A stretch of DNA of 64,000 nt from a virus (IMGVR_UViG_3300005937_000004:14950-78949), one strand, 5' to 3'. Shown: positions 35,432-45,418, numbered from the stretch's first letter. The notes: a model not told the origin generated them from the letters alone. A program made the numbers and translations.

Positions 35432-37266
35432 GTCCTATCGACGATTACCGCGCTTTTGTTTCTGGGTTGCTCGCACCGCCACGGAAAATATCGGTGGTCG
35501 AATGGTGCGAAGAAAATGTAAGCGTTCCAACTGGGGCAGTTCAAGGTCAACTTTCGATGCGAATGGCACCATATGGGCGTGAGATTCTTGAGCGCTTTGG
35601 GGACCGAAAAACCCGGTCTTTGACCTTATGCTTTGCTTCACAGTCGAGTAAGACGACCTTGATAATCTTGGGGATGTTGTATCGTCTTTGTAATAATCCC
35701 CAGGACGCGATGTGGGTGATGCCGAATCGGGAGTTGGCGAATTCATTTTCGAAGAGTCGCTGGATGAAGTTTATAACCGAATGTCCGCCGGTTAACGCGC
35801 TATTGCCGAGAACCAGCCGGAACGAGATCGATCGTCATATGTTTGCTTTTATGGAGCAACATTTTCTGACGATGTTTCTGAAATTTGTGGGATCGAACTC
35901 ACCGGCAAACTTGGCTTCGTTCCCTTGTGGAACATTGGTGATGGACGAGACCGATAAGTACGGAGAACAAACAAAATACGAGGCCGCTGCTTTGGATCTT
36001 GCCGAGGAGAGAACGAAAACTTTCCCGTTTTCTTTGATTGTGAAAGCTTCGACGCCAACCATGGCGGCAAGAATGATTTGGCCTGCTTTTGAGGCGAGCG
36101 ATCAGAGGAGATATTGGGTTCCATGTCCAAGATGTGGTAAGGATATTTTGTTGAATTTTCGGCACACCAGTGAAACGCATGGGGATTGCGGTTTACGCTG
36201 GTGGCATGAGAATGAAAGCGAAGTAAAAACTGATGGGGAATGGGATCTCAAGAAGATTCGCGCAACCGCTTATTACAAATGCCAGGAATGCGGCGGCGCG
36301 ATCCATGAATGGGAGCGACCCCGGATGTTGGAGGCCGGTGTTTGGAAGCCTTCCAACGACAAAGTCGACGAAGGAATTTATGGTTACCATCTTTCCAGTC
36401 TTTATTCCATCCTGTCGGACAAAACTTCTTTCGGTTCGATCGCGGTAAAATGGATCGAATCGAAAAACTTTTTAAGTGGCAGGCAGAATTTCATCAATAG
36501 TTGGCTGGCTGAGACCTGGGACGCTGAAAGAGCGTTCGACCAGGCCGACGTCAAGACTGAGACAATTGACCTTAAATCGCTTCCTGAGAAGACGACCGCT
36601 ATCATGTTCGCGGACGTTCAAGAAAATGGGTTCTGGGTGGTAATACGGCGCTTTATGCCGCCTTCTAAGGAACGACCGTATGGCGAAAGCTGGCTTCTTT
36701 ACGCGGATTTTGTCGGGACGGAAGATGAGCTTGAATCTCTTTCCAAAGAATACGAGGTTGCGACCCAGAATGTTTTGCTCGACATGGCCCATCGCCCCAA
36801 TCAAGTGGGACGAATGTGTATCGAACACAACTGGCGAGGGTTATGGGGAAGCGACACCAAGAGTTTCTACCACCGTCAAGCATCCGGTGTTCGGATTGAG
36901 CGCATTTATAGCGCTGTTCAACTGCGAGATCCGCACTTGGGTACGCATCTGGCCAATCGAACGTTTCAACGCGCCAAATACGTCAAGTATTCAAAGGAAG
37001 CTGCCCTCGACCTGGTATCCAGTCTCCGCTATTCGACTCCCACCATCTGGCACGTCAGCGCCAACGTCTCAACCCGATACCAGCGGCAACTCAACTCAAA
37101 GGTTAAAGTGATGCAGCAATCCAAAAAGACTGGGCGGTTCGAAAGTTTCTGGAAAGATCTGCACTCTGAAGATCATTTGTTAGACGCCGAATGCGGTGTA
37201 GCGATCCAGGCTGTGATCCTCGGCCTGGTCGCTGTGCCGCAAGAGAAAATTGACATTGCGGCATGA
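35428..37266 (+). CDS. terL: Terminase large subunit (lambda GpA family)
   Basis: ASQSSKT, VMPN, GSNSPANLAS, MDETDKY, STPT, YWVPCPRC, CQECG, GYHLSSLYS, DHLLDAE. Confidence 0.96.
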   Translation: MSPIDDYRAFVSGLLAPPRKISVVEWCEENVSVPTGAVQGQLSMRMAPYGREILERFGDRKTRSLTLCFASQSSKTTLIILGMLYRLCNNPQDAMWVMPNRELANSFSKSRWMKFITECPPVNALLPRTSRNEIDRHMFAFMEQHFLTMFLKFVGSNSPANLASFPCGTLVMDETDKYGEQTKYEAAALDLAEERTKTFPFSLIVKASTPTMAARMIWPAFEASDQRRYWVPCPRCGKDILLNFRHTSETHGDCGLRWWHENESEVKTDGEWDLKKIRATAYYKCQECGGAIHEWERPRMLEAGVWKPSNDKVDEGIYGYHLSSLYSILSDKTSFGSIAVKWIESKNFLSGRQNFINSWLAETWDAERAFDQADVKTETIDLKSLPEKTTAIMFADVQENGFWVVIRRFMPPSKERPYGESWLLYADFVGTEDELESLSKEYEVATQNVLLDMAHRPNQVGRMCIEHNWRGLWGSDTKSFYHRQASGVRIERIYSAVQLRDPHLGTHLANRTFQRAKYVKYSKEAALDLVSSLRYSTPTIWHVSANVSTRYQRQLNSKVKVMQQSKKTGRFESFWKDLHSEDHLLDAECGVAIQAVILGLVAVPQEKIDIAA

Positions 37267-37285
37267 ATAAATCCGATCCGAACCT

Positions 37286-37843
37286 ATGCTTACAGCCCCG
37301 AAAGACCGCGAGCGGGTGCTTGCTGACCAGCTTAAGAATTTCCTGCGCACAATCGTTGCGGCTATTGCCCGAAGTACACCAACACCTGAGATCCTGCATT
37401 ACCCGAACGACGCGCTCATTGAGTTCGCAGTGGACCCCAAGGATCAAGGGCGCTTTATAGGAAAACATGGCACAACAATCTGGGCAATTCAGACTCTATT
37501 TTGGTTTGCTGGCTTGGCTCAATTCGGGTACAGCTATTCGATTAAGCTCACCTGTACGCCCATTGAGCAACGGCCATCAATGCCAATCAAATTCAGTCCC
37601 CTGTGGCCCCGCAAAACCATCAACAATCTGATCAGTGAGATCATAGCCGCCTGTGTGCCGGAGCATGCGGACTACTCAGTTGACGAAAACGGCGAAACGA
37701 AGGCGCTGGTTACTCTCACTCTGCCAAAGTATCTGGAACTGCAGCTTAGCGATCCTTCTTTCCCCGAGGCTTTTGCTACCGTGGTACGCACTGCTGGCAT
37801 CAGCAACGGAGTGTCGCTGAGAACGGAGACACATTTTGCCTGA
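37286..37843 (+). CDS. KH-domain protein (KhpA-like)
   Basis: VDPKDQGRFIGKHGTTIWAIQTL contains the KH GxxG loop. Confidence 0.7.
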   Translation: MLTAPKDRERVLADQLKNFLRTIVAAIARSTPTPEILHYPNDALIEFAVDPKDQGRFIGKHGTTIWAIQTLFWFAGLAQFGYSYSIKLTCTPIEQRPSMPIKFSPLWPRKTINNLISEIIAACVPEHADYSVDENGETKALVTLTLPKYLELQLSDPSFPEAFATVVRTAGISNGVSLRTETHFA

Positions 37844-38189
37844 CATCAAAGAAAGGACAGTCAATGAATCATTCAAGATCATCCGCCAGGGCCGAGGGAG
37901 CTACCTATGCTACAGTGGGACTCATACCTCCATTGTGTATGCAGTTGACCTTGAAGCCCATGACGGCCTCGGCCACTGCGAATGCGACGACTTCAACTAC
38001 CGGCGATATCCACAGTGGAAACGAGTGCGCGCTAAGTACGATTTCCTCAGATGCAAACATCTCCGAGCAGTCCGAAACCACGTCCTCGACCAAATCATCG
38101 AGTACATGAGCAAGCACAAGGATGTTCCGGTTAAAAATCCCCGACGGAATCGATCGACCCGTACCAGTTTACCAGGGTCGACCACTTGA
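37836..38189 (+). CDS. SWIM Zn-finger protein
   Basis: Y.VDL.....G.CEC.DF.......CKHL. Confidence 0.7.
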   Translation: MPDIKERTVNESFKIIRQGRGSYLCYSGTHTSIVYAVDLEAHDGLGHCECDDFNYRRYPQWKRVRAKYDFLRCKHLRAVRNHVLDQIIEYMSKHKDVPVKNPRRNRSTRTSLPGSTT

Positions 38190-39240
38190 AGCTGGAAAAG
38201 AGTATCTCTGTACCAACAGATTTGTTGGCCAATTACTCTTAAGCCAATACCGAACAAAAATCAGAGGTCGAAGTTACCCGATTCGGACTCTACTCAAGGT
38301 CCAGAGCTGGAGAGCAATGAAGCCATTGCTTCTTCCCAACACGGATTGGAATAATCGCGATCTGTGGTTGTGCCGGGGAGGAGGGTGGGGCGATTTACTA
38401 GCCATGACACCATTGGTTCAAGAGATTTTGGGGCGATGGCCCAACTGCCGACTGCATATTGCCTGTGGTTCATCGAATCACGACTTGTTCCACGGGCTCA
38501 ACGTCACTTGCGAATTGATCCCGGTGCCGTTCCAGCCGCATCTGATGGTGGTCGACTTCGAAGAGCTGGTTGAAGGTGATCCAGCGGCTGAAAAATCGCA
38601 TTTAATAGACCTATTTGCCGATCGAGCTGGCATACAAATCACTAACAGGAAGATTCATTACGAAGTTCGCCTGGAAGAATTCAACGAAGCTGTTCTACGC
38701 TATCCCAAGGGGAGTAAACCACGGATCGGCGTCCAGTTCATGGCCTCAGCTCTCTACAGGACCTACCCAAACATGCAGTTTGTGATTAAAGAGCTGGCCA
38801 AAGAGAATGAGATTCTCGTTTTTGGCACTCCAGGTCAGGTAGAATTCAAACCACATCCCAATGTTCACAATCTGATGGCTGACAAATTGTCTTTCCGACA
38901 GAGTGCTGCTGTATTATCGACTTGTGATGTCTGTGTCGCTCCAGATTCAGCGTTGGTACATCTATGTGCCGCCCTGGATGTGCCCTGCGTTGCATTATAC
39001 GGTCCAATACCGAGTTCCCTGAGGGTTTCCGGGGATAAGACCCACGGGATCGACGGGACAGCGCCCTGCGCGCCTTGTTTCTTTCATGCTGATCGGTCTA
39101 CCGATTTCCCAACCGGTAAGCCGTGTGCGAAAGAATACAAATGCATCGCACTGGACGCCATTCCCGTCGAAACTGTCGTGAATAAGGTCAAGCAGCTTAT
39201 CGCTCAGGGAACAACTCCTTGTGAGCGCGCACCACGATAG
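38122..39240 (+). CDS. Glycosyltransferase family 9 (heptosyltransferase-like)
   Basis: GGWGDLL..TP..QEI...WP; PDSALVHLCAALDVPCVALYGP; CAPC. Confidence 0.9.
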   Translation: MFRLKIPDGIDRPVPVYQGRPLEAGKEYLCTNRFVGQLLLSQYRTKIRGRSYPIRTLLKVQSWRAMKPLLLPNTDWNNRDLWLCRGGGWGDLLAMTPLVQEILGRWPNCRLHIACGSSNHDLFHGLNVTCELIPVPFQPHLMVVDFEELVEGDPAAEKSHLIDLFADRAGIQITNRKIHYEVRLEEFNEAVLRYPKGSKPRIGVQFMASALYRTYPNMQFVIKELAKENEILVFGTPGQVEFKPHPNVHNLMADKLSFRQSAAVLSTCDVCVAPDSALVHLCAALDVPCVALYGPIPSSLRVSGDKTHGIDGTAPCAPCFFHADRSTDFPTGKPCAKEYKCIALDAIPVETVVNKVKQLIAQGTTPCERAPR

Positions 39241-39427
39241 CGCACTGTTCTCGATATCTGAAATCCGAGCCCTTCTCAGGATTGCTGGCATCGGATTGCA
39301 CGAATTTGTCGAGTGCTTTCGCGTTCAGCTGACTAAAGAGCGCCAAAAGCTGGCCTGCTACGAAGATGGCCATGTTCTGGGCTCGCTGTTCTTCATCTGT
39401 TAGTTTAATTTGTTTTGTTTCGCTCAT
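39197..39427 (-). CDS. Hypothetical protein
   Basis: 76 aa. Confidence 0.55.
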   Translation of the reverse strand: MSETKQIKLTDEEQRAQNMAIFVAGQLLALFSQLNAKALDKFVQSDASNPEKGSDFRYREQCAIVVRAHKELFPER

Positions 39428-39767
39428 TTTCCTTTGTTTGTAACCAGAGATCGATTGATTTACCTGTTATTTCTCCTCCTGGATGAACCAGGCGAGAAAT
39501 AAACTCCCATTTGAAGTCCTGGTGCAACGCAACGGCTCTGTCCTTGTCATTAATGTGTTCAAGGAGTATAGCCAGAGCCAATTGCGCTGGACCGGACCCA
39601 CCGTACCCGAAATTGAAGCCGTCTGGGCTATGATTCCAAACCTTTTGACTTCGGGTAGGCGTTACTTCGCGTTTATGCTTTCTTCTGCGAAGAGTGTCCT
39701 CTACGAACAGGTGAACTGGCAGTAGATCGTTCTCTTCGCCTTCTTTTGTTATGATGTATTTTACCAT
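39405..39767 (-). CDS. DUF6166-like protein
   Basis: NHSPDGFNFGYGGSGPAQLALAIL and LHQDFKW. Confidence 0.8.
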   Translation of the reverse strand: MVKYIITKEGEENDLLPVHLFVEDTLRRRKHKREVTPTRSQKVWNHSPDGFNFGYGGSGPAQLALAILLEHINDKDRAVALHQDFKWEFISRLVHPGGEITGKSIDLWLQTKENERNKTN

Positions 39768-40035
39768 CGTTGTTTACTCTCATCATTATGAAGTTGGCTT
39801 TGGATAATTCCAGAAGCTGTGTGTACGCAGCCCGGTTGATCCGGATTGCACTGAGCTCTCTGTATTCTCGGCCTTCTCCCCGATACACTTTACCGAACAC
39901 ACGCTTCTCTGGGTCTAGTTTGTGGTAACAACCCAATTCATAGCGAGTGCTGTGTGGCCCATTCCTTCTTGCCTGGATAAAGAATAGAACCGGATTACCT
40001 CGACGCATTATCTGCGGAAACAGGTAGTGTTTCAT
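39673..40035 (-). CDS. Hypothetical basic protein
   Basis: Start reassigned to MKHYLF; ATGA overlap. Confidence 0.55.
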   Translation of the reverse strand: MKHYLFPQIMRRGNPVLFFIQARRNGPHSTRYELGCYHKLDPEKRVFGKVYRGEGREYRELSAIRINRAAYTQLLELSKANFIMMRVNNDGKIHHNKRRRRERSTASSPVRRGHSSQKKA

Positions 40036-40331
40036 TTGAGCAAGAGTCTTTCCAGGTGCTTGAGCTGCACGTTGTCGGACAGTTCTTCGCACTTGTTCTG
40101 CACATGTTTCCCGATTGGGTTCAAGGCATCGCGGTAATCGATTTTCTTCACGTTACCCCATTTTTGAGCCTGATAGATCTGGTATTCAGTGACTCCGCAT
40201 GACGCTTTGATGGCCTTATTGGAAAGACCACACATCGCCATACGACAGATGAGCATGCGGGTCCCATCGCTGAGACCCGCCCTGCGCACCTTAGCCACTG
40301 CCGACTTGCGAATGGCTAAGCTCTTTTTCAT
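40032..40331 (-). CDS. Putative HTH protein
   Basis: GLSNKAIKASCGVTEYQIY. Confidence 0.55.
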   Translation of the reverse strand: MKKSLAIRKSAVAKVRRAGLSDGTRMLICRMAMCGLSNKAIKASCGVTEYQIYQAQKWGNVKKIDYRDALNPIGKHVQNKCEELSDNVQLKHLERLLLK

Positions 40332-40945
40332 CAGATCTTGCCAGTCTCCTTAAGCCAATCACGAAGACCCTTGGCTTCTTCGTAGGCCTTGATGTTTTCC
40401 CCACAATTAGGACAATGGTCGATATGCCCTCTGACGGGACCTGTAGGTTGCTCCAGGATCGTGTCGACCTGGCCGTTGGTTAGAGCCGGATAGCGTTTTA
40501 CTATCGATTCACTGAGAGGACGTTTGCGAACCTTTCCTGTGGTCGTAAGTCCCTTGGCCAAGTTCTTTTGGCGCAGCTTGGCATTGTATGCTCTCTTTTT
40601 CGCCAATGCCTCTATATGTTCAGGCGTTCGAATGAGTGTTGCGGTGATGCCAGGTCTGGGGCCCCTGTAGCTTTTACGCAAACGCATTTTACGCGGTTTA
40701 CCTGATGAGGTTAATCCGCGCATGATATTGGCTTCACGCCTTTTGGCTGCATAGGACTTGATCCGTCCGGATCGAGCCAGACTCATTTGTGGTTCTTGAC
40801 CTATTGTGGCTGCCCAGCTGCCCTTCCATTTGCCGATGTGATTGCCTTTGATGTGGTTGATCACCGCTGGGACATACAGGTTGCTGTAGTCACAGAACGG
40901 ACACTTGGTTACTTTACTTGGTGCATTTTTCAGTTTGGTTTTCAT
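40331..40945 (-). CDS. Basic protein with C2H2 finger and Zn ribbon
   Basis: CPFC...HIK.NH; internal GLT..GK.RK repeat; CPNC. Confidence 0.6.
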   Translation of the reverse strand: MKTKLKNAPSKVTKCPFCDYSNLYVPAVINHIKGNHIGKWKGSWAATIGQEPQMSLARSGRIKSYAAKRREANIMRGLTSSGKPRKMRLRKSYRGPRPGITATLIRTPEHIEALAKKRAYNAKLRQKNLAKGLTTTGKVRKRPLSESIVKRYPALTNGQVDTILEQPTGPVRGHIDHCPNCGENIKAYEEAKGLRDWLKETGKI

Positions 40946-41196
40946 TCTTCAGTTTGCTTTCTAGTTTGTGGTTTCAGTTTCTCTATCAGTTCTGGGGGTG
41001 GGGGAGCATGAGATATCCGCCCAATAGCCAGAGCGGTTTCGTCTGACATATTGGGCTCGACCATCTTCAACCTGGTTGGTACAACGATGGTCATATCGCA
41101 TTCATCACAGCAACGCCCCTCTTTCACTGGTTGTGCGTTGTTGCCGTGTTTCCAGCCAGGCTTTTCTATTGGTTTACCGCATATGCAGCAGTCCAT
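40942..41196 (-). CDS. Hypothetical Zn-binding protein (CCIC..GNNAQPV.EGRCCDEC)
   Basis: Recurrent phage motif. Confidence 0.7.
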   Translation of the reverse strand: MDCCICGKPIEKPGWKHGNNAQPVKEGRCCDECDMTIVVPTRLKMVEPNMSDETALAIGRISHAPPPPELIEKLKPQTRKQTEE

Positions 41197-41197
41197 A

Positions 41198-41764
41198 TTA
41201 GAATACCCTTCCTGTTGGATGTTTTTTCCAGTAGGCGTTAGCGATCGCTTTCCCCTCTGGTGTTTCGAGCCATTGAGCGTGTTCATCAAAGAACCTCTGG
41301 GCTATTGCCATCTCGTGTGCACGAGCTGCTTTGATTTTGACCGGGTCATTGGTATAAACAACGTTCTCGGCTCCTTTACTGTGGTTCTCCAGTGGGAACG
41401 TGTTAGGTCCGTGCACGAAGAACTGTTGTGGACTACTACCGCCAAGGACAGTGAATACCGTACCTGCGGCGCATTTCTTGAGACCATGTTGCCAGAGAAT
41501 TGCTTCTGCGTATTCCTGGCCGCTTTTATCGATCGATACCACGCCCATGGTTAGTTGCGGTACCGGATCGTCTTCTGGCCATTTACACCAGAACAAATGA
41601 AACCCGTCATTCGCGTCTGTGTCCGGTGTAAATTTGGTGTATTCCAATTCAACCATCCACGAGTAGAACCCGGGTCGCATTAGCAGACACACGTAATTAC
41701 GTCTGTCCGGTTTAGAGCATTCTCTTATGATCTCATCTTTTGTTGCTGGCGACTCGTTGTTCAC
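41198..41764 (-). CDS. Hypothetical protein
   Basis: 188 aa. Confidence 0.65.
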   Translation of the reverse strand: MNNESPATKDEIIRECSKPDRRNYVCLLMRPGFYSWMVELEYTKFTPDTDANDGFHLFWCKWPEDDPVPQLTMGVVSIDKSGQEYAEAILWQHGLKKCAAGTVFTVLGGSSPQQFFVHGPNTFPLENHSKGAENVVYTNDPVKIKAARAHEMAIAQRFFDEHAQWLETPEGKAIANAYWKKHPTGRVF

Positions 41765-42143
41765 GTTTTACCCTCTCCATGTTTGGGTCCCTTGGGATGT
41801 GAACCAGAGCCCCGCCAGTGGGCACTTTCGGTCTATTGGGCGCTAACTGAACGCGAATTTCATCTTCGAACTCCGGCGCATGCCGTCGAACGACCATGAT
41901 CGCTTCATCCAATGTTTTTACCCATTGATACATCAAATCATCGACTTCCTTGTGAACGGTTGTCAGATGTCCGATGCCAACGTAGTAACCACGGTCTTGC
42001 AGATGGTTTTCACACACCCGAACCGTAGTCCACCGGTAGCGTCGATCTCCTCTCCTTTCTCTATCACTTGCATAGGCGAGTTCGATGCCAGGGAAAGACA
42101 CCTCCCTCCTGCCTGTATGCTGCAGTGTTATCATTGTGCTCAT
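41733..42143 (-). CDS. Hypothetical protein
   Basis: Start reassigned to MSTMITL. Confidence 0.6.
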   Translation of the reverse strand: MSTMITLQHTGRREVSFPGIELAYASDRERRGDRRYRWTTVRVCENHLQDRGYYVGIGHLTTVHKEVDDLMYQWVKTLDEAIMVVRRHAPEFEDEIRVQLAPNRPKVPTGGALVHIPRDPNMERVKREQRVASNKR

Positions 42144-42147
42144 GTTT

Positions 42148-42705
42148 TTATTCTTCCTTATGTTTAAGTTCCTGTAACGACCGAAGATCTCCATCAAGAT
42201 CCGCATCATCGAATCCTTTGGCGATCGCTTCACCAAAGTTACCTTCCAGCGGTTTATTGTCGATGTGTTCTTCCCATTCGGCTATTTCTGGTGGCCGATC
42301 TGGATACCGCACTAGCCTGCCACACATGAAATTGGATTGGCACTCCTTATCCACTACTAATGCCATCACAATTTCAACTCTGTCTGGATCATCTGCAGGA
42401 CGAGGGATGACGCCTTCACGCATGGCTTTAATCACATCATCCTTGGTTAATCCTTCACCTCTTTCTGGAGGTGACTGCCAGGCTGTGGCGGTAAACCAGA
42501 CCCAGTCAGGGTTGGTCACCTGAATTGATTTGTATATCACCTGAGCGCACAATCGTTTCTGTTGATCGTCTTCCATTAGATCCAGGAACATAATTGCGCA
42601 TTCGTGGTTTTTATACAGATGCAATATCGGTGGCCAATCCCCGTCTGGCTCCAGTGTTACGCCGAAATCCTCAATAATCTGCTGGACTTCATATGGCGTG
42701 AGCAT
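42148..42705 (-). CDS. Hypothetical protein
   Basis: 185 aa, coupled to the upstream gene. Confidence 0.7.
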   Translation of the reverse strand: MLTPYEVQQIIEDFGVTLEPDGDWPPILHLYKNHECAIMFLDLMEDDQQKRLCAQVIYKSIQVTNPDWVWFTATAWQSPPERGEGLTKDDVIKAMREGVIPRPADDPDRVEIVMALVVDKECQSNFMCGRLVRYPDRPPEIAEWEEHIDNKPLEGNFGEAIAKGFDDADLDGDLRSLQELKHKEE

Positions 42706-43097
42706 CAGTGGTGATGGTGGGTATGCGATGCCCCGGCGAATGCCATGGCATGCTGGACATGGTGCACCAGCGAGATCACCTTGGCTTTCAGCGCTGCCGT
42801 CACATCCCTCAGGAAGTTTTCAGCATTCGCGTGGTTCGGGCCACTGATGATCCCTGGCACATCAAATTTGATTTTGCCATCTTTCATGATGTCCACTTTG
42901 ATCAAGTCCTTCGTGAAGGGCTTGGTCAGCTCCAATTGCCAGCGGCCTTTCTCTTTCACCAGCCAACCGAATTTCTCGGCCTGCTTTTTGATGATCTTTT
43001 TGCTTTCGATCCGCTTTGGCGATTTGGGTTTCGATTTTGGTTTGTCCTTGGGCTTGATCCGCTCCCTCTGGACAACTCTCATTGTTGCGCAGCTCAT
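42705..43097 (-). CDS. DUF2997-like partner of the AAA ATPase
   Basis: IKVDIMKDGKIKFDV.G..G..H..AENFL; His-rich tail. Confidence 0.55.
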   Translation of the reverse strand: MSCATMRVVQRERIKPKDKPKSKPKSPKRIESKKIIKKQAEKFGWLVKEKGRWQLELTKPFTKDLIKVDIMKDGKIKFDVPGIISGPNHANAENFLRDVTAALKAKVISLVHHVQHAMAFAGASHTHHHH

Positions 43098-43099
43098 GG

Positions 43100-44659
43100 C
43101 TATCCTTTCTTGCCGAACAAGCCTTTGTGTTCTACTGGCGGAGTCGGCTTCGGTTCAGGGTTTGGAGTGAACGTGTAGACCCCTGGGTGCTGGGTTGAGA
43201 CGTATTTTCCAGACGCGTTTTTACGCATCTTATCTACGCCAGTTCCCATGGCATGACTGACGATGGTCATGTATTTACAGGAGTCTGTGAGGCTGATATT
43301 AAACTCATGCGATTTCTCGCAGGCCACTTCGATCTCAGCTCCGGTCCATCCGTTATCATCTGGCCGAGTGTGATGATGAAGGTTGAACTTCTTCATGTAG
43401 ATCTGCCAGATCCTCTCTTTCTCTTCCTGGGTAGGCAGATCGCCAAACCAGATCCCATGCTTAAACCTCCGTTTGAGCTCTGGCCTCAGGATCGAGATAT
43501 CGTTACAGGTGGCAACAAAGAACACTCTGTTGCCGCCCATGGCTTTGATCACCTTCACGAATGACCGCATCCGGGCCTCTGAACTGCCGACCCAGATATG
43601 TTTCATTGCGCCAAGATCCGCTTCTACGGTCAACGCTCCGGCTTCACCGCCGAACGCTTTACTCAACTGCGATTTGCCGGTGCCAGGAAAACCGTAGATG
43701 ATCAAGCCGGTCCAGAAGTTGTTCTGCATTTCGGTCAAGAGAACCTTCAGCTGGTCAGTGGTGACACCGCTTGTGTCGGTGCCCGCTGCAGCCATCGATT
43801 TCTCGATCTCATCCAGAAACACTACTAGAGCCGGTTTACTACCGCTTCTGGCGATCCTGCGCAGGTAATCCTTGATATTGTCGTTCCCGCCGATGTCGTC
43901 AAACGTCGGCCCGCTACGGTGGATTTTAAGGCCCACCGATGATTCGATCTTGGCGATCTTACGATCCCAGAGTTGATCCATGTCGACTACGGTCTTGCCG
44001 CGACGACCTTTGCTGATCGACATCCGGATGATCTGCTCGATCGCAAACGGAGCTAGTCCAGAAGTGGCATCCACTATTGCTGGCATCGTTTTACGAGTCG
44101 GTTTGCGTACTCCGCAGCTGACGAACGTCTTGGTGATGATCGATTCCAGCTCTTTATCTCTGGGAAGCTGTTCATCCAGAATGATGATATCATGCTGGAG
44201 TTCATCCGGGATATGGTATGTCGGAGCGAAGAGCACCAGCATACTTTTGCGTTTCCGGAAGTGATCGCGAACGTTCCATATAGCTTGGATGCAAGGCGCT
44301 GCCAGAGCACCCGGAAGCATCTTGTCCGTAAACATGTGAGCGTTGCTCATCACCAGAATGGTGTTTTCCGGAAGAGCTTTGACCTTCATCAACATCTCTA
44401 CCGGATTACCGGTGGCCAGAACGGCGTTGATTGAGCCATCTGGCAACTGGTTCATTTTGTTAACAGCTTCAGTTGCCTGTGGAGTAATCGTGGTCGCTCC
44501 GTTAATGACGTCCCACTGCACGATCGGGTTGGATGGATACATTATCTTAATCGCCCTCATCGTGCTGGCAGGATCAGGAGTGTTGATCGCCAGAAGTGGC
44601 ACATTGGCGTTCTTGGCGACCGTAAACTGCTTGATCATGTTCCCATTAGTGACTTGCAT
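43100..44659 (-). CDS. AAA+ ATPase (Ycf46/SpoVK-like, degenerate N-terminal AAA)
   Basis: FDDIGG, GFPGTGKS, ATCN, RPELKRRF, WTGAEI. Confidence 0.9.
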   Translation of the reverse strand: MQVTNGNMIKQFTVAKNANVPLLAINTPDPASTMRAIKIMYPSNPIVQWDVINGATTITPQATEAVNKMNQLPDGSINAVLATGNPVEMLMKVKALPENTILVMSNAHMFTDKMLPGALAAPCIQAIWNVRDHFRKRKSMLVLFAPTYHIPDELQHDIIILDEQLPRDKELESIITKTFVSCGVRKPTRKTMPAIVDATSGLAPFAIEQIIRMSISKGRRGKTVVDMDQLWDRKIAKIESSVGLKIHRSGPTFDDIGGNDNIKDYLRRIARSGSKPALVVFLDEIEKSMAAAGTDTSGVTTDQLKVLLTEMQNNFWTGLIIYGFPGTGKSQLSKAFGGEAGALTVEADLGAMKHIWVGSSEARMRSFVKVIKAMGGNRVFFVATCNDISILRPELKRRFKHGIWFGDLPTQEEKERIWQIYMKKFNLHHHTRPDDNGWTGAEIEVACEKSHEFNISLTDSCKYMTIVSHAMGTGVDKMRKNASGKYVSTQHPGVYTFTPNPEPKPTPPVEHKGLFGKKG

Positions 44660-44912
44660 TGGTCCTTTCAGTTTTGAGTTTGTTGATTCCGATACCGAGA
44701 CAGATACCGGCTGCCACGAACATGGCGTGATGGCCAAGTTCGGTTACGCCGTCGAGTACCACCCCTATCGCTCCAAAGATGAAGGCCAGCATGAGCAAGC
44801 CCACGATGTGCACTTCGTTTTTCGGCTTCTCCGGTTGAACCGGCGGTTTAGGCTGGGGTGTCTGTAGGTGTGTCGGTAACTGCAGGTGTGTTGGTAGTTG
44901 TTGTTGGTTCAT
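44646..44912 (-). CDS. Hypothetical membrane protein
   Basis: Two TM helices. Confidence 0.55.
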   Translation of the reverse strand: MNQQQLPTHLQLPTHLQTPQPKPPVQPEKPKNEVHIVGLLMLAFIFGAIGVVLDGVTELGHHAMFVAAGICLGIGINKLKTERTNASH

Positions 44913-45231
44913 TTTGTCCTTCTGGTTTCTGTTGCTTGCGTTTTGCTCCGGGGAGAATGTCTTCTAACGTCGGTGCTGCTGACGTAAATTCGCCTGGCTT
45001 CAGTTTCCTGAAACCACGCGAGAGAATGAGGTACCGTTTCCCTTGGTACCGGATCACATCTCCCATCGATACTGACGGGAGTTGTTGCGGTTGGAAGTCG
45101 TTCTGACCGTGATATAAAATCAGGTCGAGTATGTTATCGACTTTTTGTCTTCCCTTTAGCTTTGCGTCCGGGACGTTGACGGTCCTTATTTTTCCGTTTT
45201 TGAACATTCGCAGTTCGACTTGGTATTTCAT
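44848..45231 (-). CDS. YodL-like protein
   Basis: GQNDFQP...SVSMGDVI; start after GAAAGGAAAA. Confidence 0.6.
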   Translation of the reverse strand: MKYQVELRMFKNGKIRTVNVPDAKLKGRQKVDNILDLILYHGQNDFQPQQLPSVSMGDVIRYQGKRYLILSRGFRKLKPGEFTSAAPTLEDILPGAKRKQQKPEGQNEPTTTTNTPAVTDTPTDTPA

Positions 45232-45418
45232 TTTTCCTTTCAGGTTTTGGGTTGTAGATCTTGCAGCATCCATCACATCCGTGTCCTCCATATTCACGGA
45301 ATTCTCGATAGATCTGATAAGCTGCTGGTGCAGGATGTCCCACATTGTGTGGGCACACCCATTCGATTAATCCTGTCTCACGCTGAACCTGAGTCCAGCC
45401 TTCTGGAATCCCATTCAA
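45134..45418 (-). CDS. Hypothetical protein (EWVCPH.VGHP...H.CDGCC)
   Basis: Recurrent phage Cys/His motif. Confidence 0.6.
   Translation of the reverse strand: MNGIPEGWTQVQRETGLIEWVCPHNVGHPAPAAYQIYREFREYGGHGCDGCCKIYNPKPERKNEIPSRTANVQKRKNKDRQRPGRKAKGKTKSR

Noticed and set aside
34797-37255. TTGACA at 34797 and 37250 (also 12505 and 15515) as members of the N14-17-start class
   Set aside because: No credible start codon 14-17 nt downstream; they may be promoters with leaders but are not counted
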